A stretch of 25,441 nt of DNA from positions 476,333-501,773 of the forward strand of contig NW_008246112.1 of assembly GCF_000281045.1 (NCBI RefSeq). The letters run 5' to 3'. A program made the position numbers and the translations under genes. The notes under the pieces were generated by a model. It was not told where the DNA came from. It saw nothing but the letters and a program-made list of their open reading frames with translations, and did no database searches. Position 1 is the first letter of the stretch, and every line of letters begins with the position of its first letter. Below are positions 20,903 through 25,441 of the stretch, one piece after another. Source of the stretch: Saprolegnia diclina VS20. Its lineage: Eukaryota.

Positions 20903-21199
20903 GCGCCGGGTGATGGCTCTCTTGCTGGATCCCATAGAGGCACTGCGGCTCGTGGTGTCGTTTTAGGATAGTTCGAAGATTGTGTACTATTATTTATAGT
21001 GGTACTTGAGCGGGTGTAGATTTGTCTCGAAGTATTCTTCTTGGTTGTTTGATTCAGAAAGGTAGAGAGCTGTTGCGATATACAAGATCAATAAATGACT
21101 TAACTCTTATATTGTACTCTGTCACAGCACTGCGACTAGCACAACAGGGCGTCGAACACACAACATGTGTAGGTATTCAAGCGCATAGTAGTCTTGGCA

Positions 21200-23696
21200 C
21201 TAGGCAACGGTCGCCTGGTCGGCCAAGGTCGCAGCCACGAGCGTCGCGGCATGGGTCGCCACCATGACGACCGTCGAGTGGACGTTGCCTAGTAGTATCA
21301 ATCAATCAACTCGAGTCTTTTGGCTGGTACCGTTGGGAATCACGGGAATCACAGATGCGTCAGCGACAAAGAGGTTGGTCGTGTTCCAGACACGAAGCGA
21401 CGCCGAAACAACGCTGTTGGTCGGGCTCGACCCCATCTTGGCACTCCCGACCCTAACCTCCATCGTGAGTTCGGACATCAACAGCCCTGTACCAATGCGA
21501 GTTGCGGTACACGTTGGCAAAGACCCGCGCCAAGAGCGCTAGCACGCGCGTTTGTGACAACAAACCACACGTGAGGAGCGTACCGTCGTCCGAGGCAAGC
21601 GCGGCGCCCGGCATGCTCTCGCCCCCGAGCAGCGGCGCCAGGGCTACCAAGCGCGGTAAACCCTAGCCCTAGAATGGAACCCGAGCCGCACCTGGGGCTT
21701 GCACCAAGTCGCGGACGATGGCAATGCCGAAGAGCAACTTGCGCGCGTCGACCTCGCTCAGGTGCTCGCTCGCCGCTTCGGGGATCTCGCTCGTGACGTG
21801 GCAGGCTACGGACGCGTTGCGCGACGTGACCACGACCTGGTTGCGCGCTTCGGGCGCTACGAACCAACGTCATATAGCCTCGTTGTCCTATCTCGCAACC
21901 CTACTCAAGAGTGCGATCGTGAAAAGAACTTCGTCGCCCGGCGTCGTGGCCCACTGCGGCTCCGACTTGCGCGGGAAAAACGTCAGCTGCAGGTCGGGCA
22001 CCGTGCTTCCCGGCGTCGCAAAAAAGGCGCCGACCGAGAGCCCCGTTGTGCTGAGCCAGCCGCCTCGCTGCGCCAAGTAGTCGTCCCACGCCATCCTACT
22101 CACGTCATACATACAGAAGCACCCAAGCACGCTAGCGCCGTGGTACGTCATGTTGATGTTGAGCGGATGGCTCGCCTATGAACCGTCTTCGATAGCGCAA
22201 AATTGCATATATTCGAGCATGTACCGTATACGTCAAGGCGATCGCAGGGTGGTCTTGGAGGTTGCGACCCACGAGCGGCAAATCGACCGCCACGGGAATA
22301 CCGAGGTCACGCAGCACGTCTTTGGGCGCAATCCCTGCGCGCCGCTTTCTCGAGTCCGGCTTCGTGACACGAGAATATCTGTACCTGAGAGCGTGAGCAG
22401 CTTGGGGGTGTGAATCGCGCCAGCCGTGAGCACGACGCCGCGCTTGCTTGCAATGAACTGGAGGTCGCCATGGGCGGCGCGGACGTGGACGCCGCGGGCG
22501 ACACCGTCCTGCAGCGCAACCCGCTAACGCGATACTTGGCAAATTCGAGTAAAATCGACGGCATGTACCTCGACCGTCGTATTGAGACGCAAATGCAAAC
22601 GCGCTTGCGTCGCTGCGTCGAGCTTCTTGTTGATAAACGGTCCCAGGAATGCCTAATGAGATGGGCAATTAACCTAGAAAACCCAAGGAGGACGTGTACC
22701 TTAGCGGCACTTTCGCGCATGCCGTGCCGAATGTTAAAGTGGTAGATGCCGGCGCCAAGACGTTGGTCGGGTGCGTTAAAGTCGCTCGACGCTGGGATTC
22801 CTCGCTACGTGGAATCGCTGACTATGAAATGGCAACAAAACCACGACCGTACTTCAGCGCAGGCAGCAAGGAACTGGTTCGAGAGACCGTCAATCTGCGT
22901 CGGCGCGCCTACAACGCTGCGTGACGTTCGGCTCTGAAATCGATCGCATACTAGTTTGGACAATGCCATTGTAGCCGTGATGCGCCACGCTTGGTCCGTC
23001 AAAGGCCTCGGTCGCCAAGTAAATGGCGAGCGCGGTCGCCCATGTCCACGTCGGCGCGAGGCCCCACGCAGCAATGTCACTGGGCAGCGCGCGCACTAAG
23101 AGCCACAGCATGACGCATTCCTGTGAACGAGCCAATCGTACCATAAAGCATGGCGTTGTGAATGCCGCAGCCGCCGAGCGCCTTGGCGACGAACACGCCG
23201 GGCACGGCCCAGTGGAAGCTCGCCATGCGCGAGACGTCGCTCCAGTAGTATGGCACGTCGAACGGCGTGTACGGCATGTCTTTTCCCTCAAACGAGATAA
23301 AAGTCTACGCAGCGATCCGAGATACAAAGCTACGAGTTGATGAACGGACCTCGCCGCCGAGCTCGCGCTGGGACGCGTCGCCGGCTTCCAAGAGCAAAAC
23401 GCTCCAGTTGGTCGCCTGGACGAGCTTGCTCGCGAGGACGGAGCCCGCTGGGCCCGCACCAACGATAATGACATCGTACTACGACGGCCCATGATGCGAC
23501 GTGCCAGCTCGATGACATGTACCTCGATCGCGGCCGTGGTCAGCGTTGGCTCGGCGGGCGTCAGCGCTGTGAGGCAGAGGCCCACGGCAGCTGCGATGGC
23601 AAGCGCAACGAGAGTGCGATGCCATGTGCGGTAGGCTCTCGGTGGTTGCGCGCGCCGCGGCAGCAGCGGCGTGTCTTCCATCGGGGTCATCTCCAT
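21200..23696 (-). CDS. GMC (AA3) flavin oxidoreductase with N-terminal TM anchor, ~601 aa, 15 introns (23522-23479, 23349-23305, 23141-23096, 22951-22909, 22852-22805, 22699-22653, 22568-22524, 22384-22335, 22224-22176, 22146-22096, 21904-21857, 21691-21644, 21583-21539, 21492-21453, 21330-21289)
   Basis: Manual splicing gives an 1806 nt CDS. It contains [12 protein letters not shown] (FAD binding), [53 protein letters not shown] and [18 protein letters not shown]. The in-frame intron 22146-22096 is the least certain. Confidence 0.87.
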
Positions 23697-23762
23697 TGCA
23701 CGTTCCACGGAAAGTGCGATCTTCCTGACGACCGGTGATTGGGTCAAATTCCATCGACTAAA

Positions 23763-24123
23763 ATCACCCAAATACCCCGAGGTTAATGCGCCTGTTGACT
23801 GCGAATACTGAAGAAGCGCGAAGCAACCATTCGCTTGGAATGCCCTCGATGGACGTCGTGCGCCAGAACAACGGGCGCTGCTTGGCGTAATTCGTCCCAC
23901 TGTACTGTTTCGCTCGCCATTAAGTACGCGCTCGACACTGTTCAACTGTTTGAAAGAGACTAGCCGACCGCACCAATTGCACAAGGTCAGCAGCACGCTA
24001 TTCTTTTGCTCCCGCCCCACGAGTAGTGCTAGATGGACGACGAGAACTCGGCGAATGGCACGAAGTACGCAGAGCCCAACATCTACCAGAGGTCCTTAAG
24101 TCCTAGTCGCGAATACTGTCACA
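23763..24123 (+). repeat. ~350 bp direct repeat, copy 1
   Basis: First 95 nt are identical to 24462-24556. The remainder is alignable with substitutions and short indels. Confidence 0.9.
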
Positions 24124-24361
24124 GGTACAGCACTTACCGTAGCTTTGACTGAGAGATGTGTTCTTGTACCGGGTAGCTTCGATGGAAGCCACGGTGAGCG
24201 GTGCATACCATTGGCGCTGATTCATGTTCTACTGTTCGTTTGGGCAAAACGAAAATGGGCTTCACAAGAAAAAGGAAAAATTAAAATCTAAAACCATATT
24301 AAAAAGGCTCGATGTAGAAAAGACCTAGAAAGTGCTTTTTAAAGTTCAACATCGCATCGAT

Positions 24362-24461
24362 NNNNNNNNNNNNNNNNNNNNNNNNNNNNNNNNNNNNNNN
24401 NNNNNNNNNNNNNNNNNNNNNNNNNNNNNNNNNNNNNNNNNNNNNNNNNNNNNNNNNNNNN
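24362..24461. other. Assembly gap (100 N, probably a placeholder size)
   Basis: Run of exactly 100 N. Confidence 1.
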
Positions 24462-24800
24462 ATCACCCAAATACCCCGAGGTTAATGCGCCTGTTGACTG
24501 CGAATACTGAAGAAGCGCGAAGCAACCATTCGCTTGGAATGCCCTCGATGGACGTCATGCGGCAGAACAACGCGCGCTGCTCGACGTACACTGTTTCACT
24601 CGCCATCAAGTACGCGCTCGACACTGTTTCAAAAGAGACCAGCCGACCGCACAAGGTCAGAAGCACGCTCATCTCTTGCTCCCGTCCCACGAGTAGTAGT
24701 TAATGGACGACGAGAACTCGGTGAATGGTACGAAAGACGTAGAGCCCATCTTCCAGTGGTCCTAACGTCAATTTGGCCCTCGTCGCGAATACTATCATAG
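24462..24800 (+). repeat. ~350 bp direct repeat, copy 2 (starts exactly at the gap edge)
   Basis: Aligns to 23763-24123. Confidence 0.9.
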
Positions 24801-25441
24801 TCTGACACGTGCATATCGGGATCGAGCCGACGATTCAGTGCAGCCGATGCATCCTCTTGATCAATCTTCCGTGCTCGTCAAGTCCATTTACGCGGTGGCA
24901 GCATTTTGATGACAGGTCCGTTTTACAACCGATGGATGCAATTGGAATGAAATTTTGTGGGGTGCTTTGTAGTGCTCGAGAAAGGTCTAAGTCAAACGGA
25001 TATGCCCCAGACGGGCTTGGAGAGTGCTTTTATTCTAGTTCAATATCGCATCCGTGCTTACTTTTGACATGGCCGCAGCAGGCATAAGTCGTCGAAATAG
25101 AGGCATATTGACATATTACAATAAAGTGTGTTGCCTGCTTCTGGTTCGGTTTGCGCCCAGGGCATATTTGAGATGAAGCTCTTGGGTAAAACAGGAAGGC
25201 ACTTGACATGTAAAATACAGCTAAAAATAGTATTGAAGCGTAGGGTAATGGTTGGGGAGCGCGACAAGGATCTGTGAGTGATATTTGAGTGGTGATGTAT
25301 GAGTGGCGTGGATGGTATGAATTTTAATGCGCGTCAAAAGTACAAGTATGTGATATTTTTGAGTGTATTAAAAAGGTGTTTGTTGGAATTGTAGCCGCAA
25401 TAGCTTACTGTCAAAGGGAAATGTATTCACAGCGTAAGTTT

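Noticed and set aside
19001..20935. Long antisense and alternative-frame ORFs over DDX3 (and similarly over dapF, PLAC8 and C69 genes)
   Set aside because: Expected shadows of GC3-rich coding sequence, which has few stops on the opposite strand.
22890..24020. 376 aa minus-strand ORF as a single-exon gene
   Set aside because: It is a composite of upstream DNA, GMC exon 1, out-of-frame exons and introns. The spliced model recovers the GxGxxG motif that this ORF lacks.
1..25441. tRNA, rRNA, CRISPR array or intact transposon
   Set aside because: No cloverleaf, rRNA-like tract, regularly spaced repeats, terminal repeats, or transposase/RT motifs were found by eye. The TTCGAA occurrences lack tRNA context.

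Overview
Eukaryotic genomic DNA, most likely an oomycete of the Saprolegnia type. This is inferred from GC-rich codon usage, uniformly tiny 40-55 nt GT-AG introns and oomycete-like Inr/FPR and CCAAT promoter motifs. The raw ORF track is fragmented by introns, so I rebuilt the gene models by hand. The window holds four paralogous peptidase C69 / secernin-like Ntn-hydrolase genes, each with a C-terminal TM helix and short Tyr-motif tail; the three whose 5' ends are visible also have a signal peptide and 'DRCTAI'. It also holds a tandem array of four intact PLAC8-family genes plus one mosaic pseudogene, a CENP-V/GFA-family gene cut by an assembly gap, an intronless bacterial-looking diaminopimelate epimerase (dapF), an intronless DDX3/Ded1 helicase, and a 15-intron membrane-anchored GMC oxidoreductase. 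There are two N gaps, and a ~350 bp sequence is duplicated across the second. The most striking pattern is that three unrelated membrane-protein families here all carry endolysosomal-type sorting signals (GYxxΦ tails, acidic dileucine). That suggests a clustered vacuolar/lysosomal module, but it is a hypothesis. No rRNA, tRNA, CRISPR array or recognisable intact transposon was seen.
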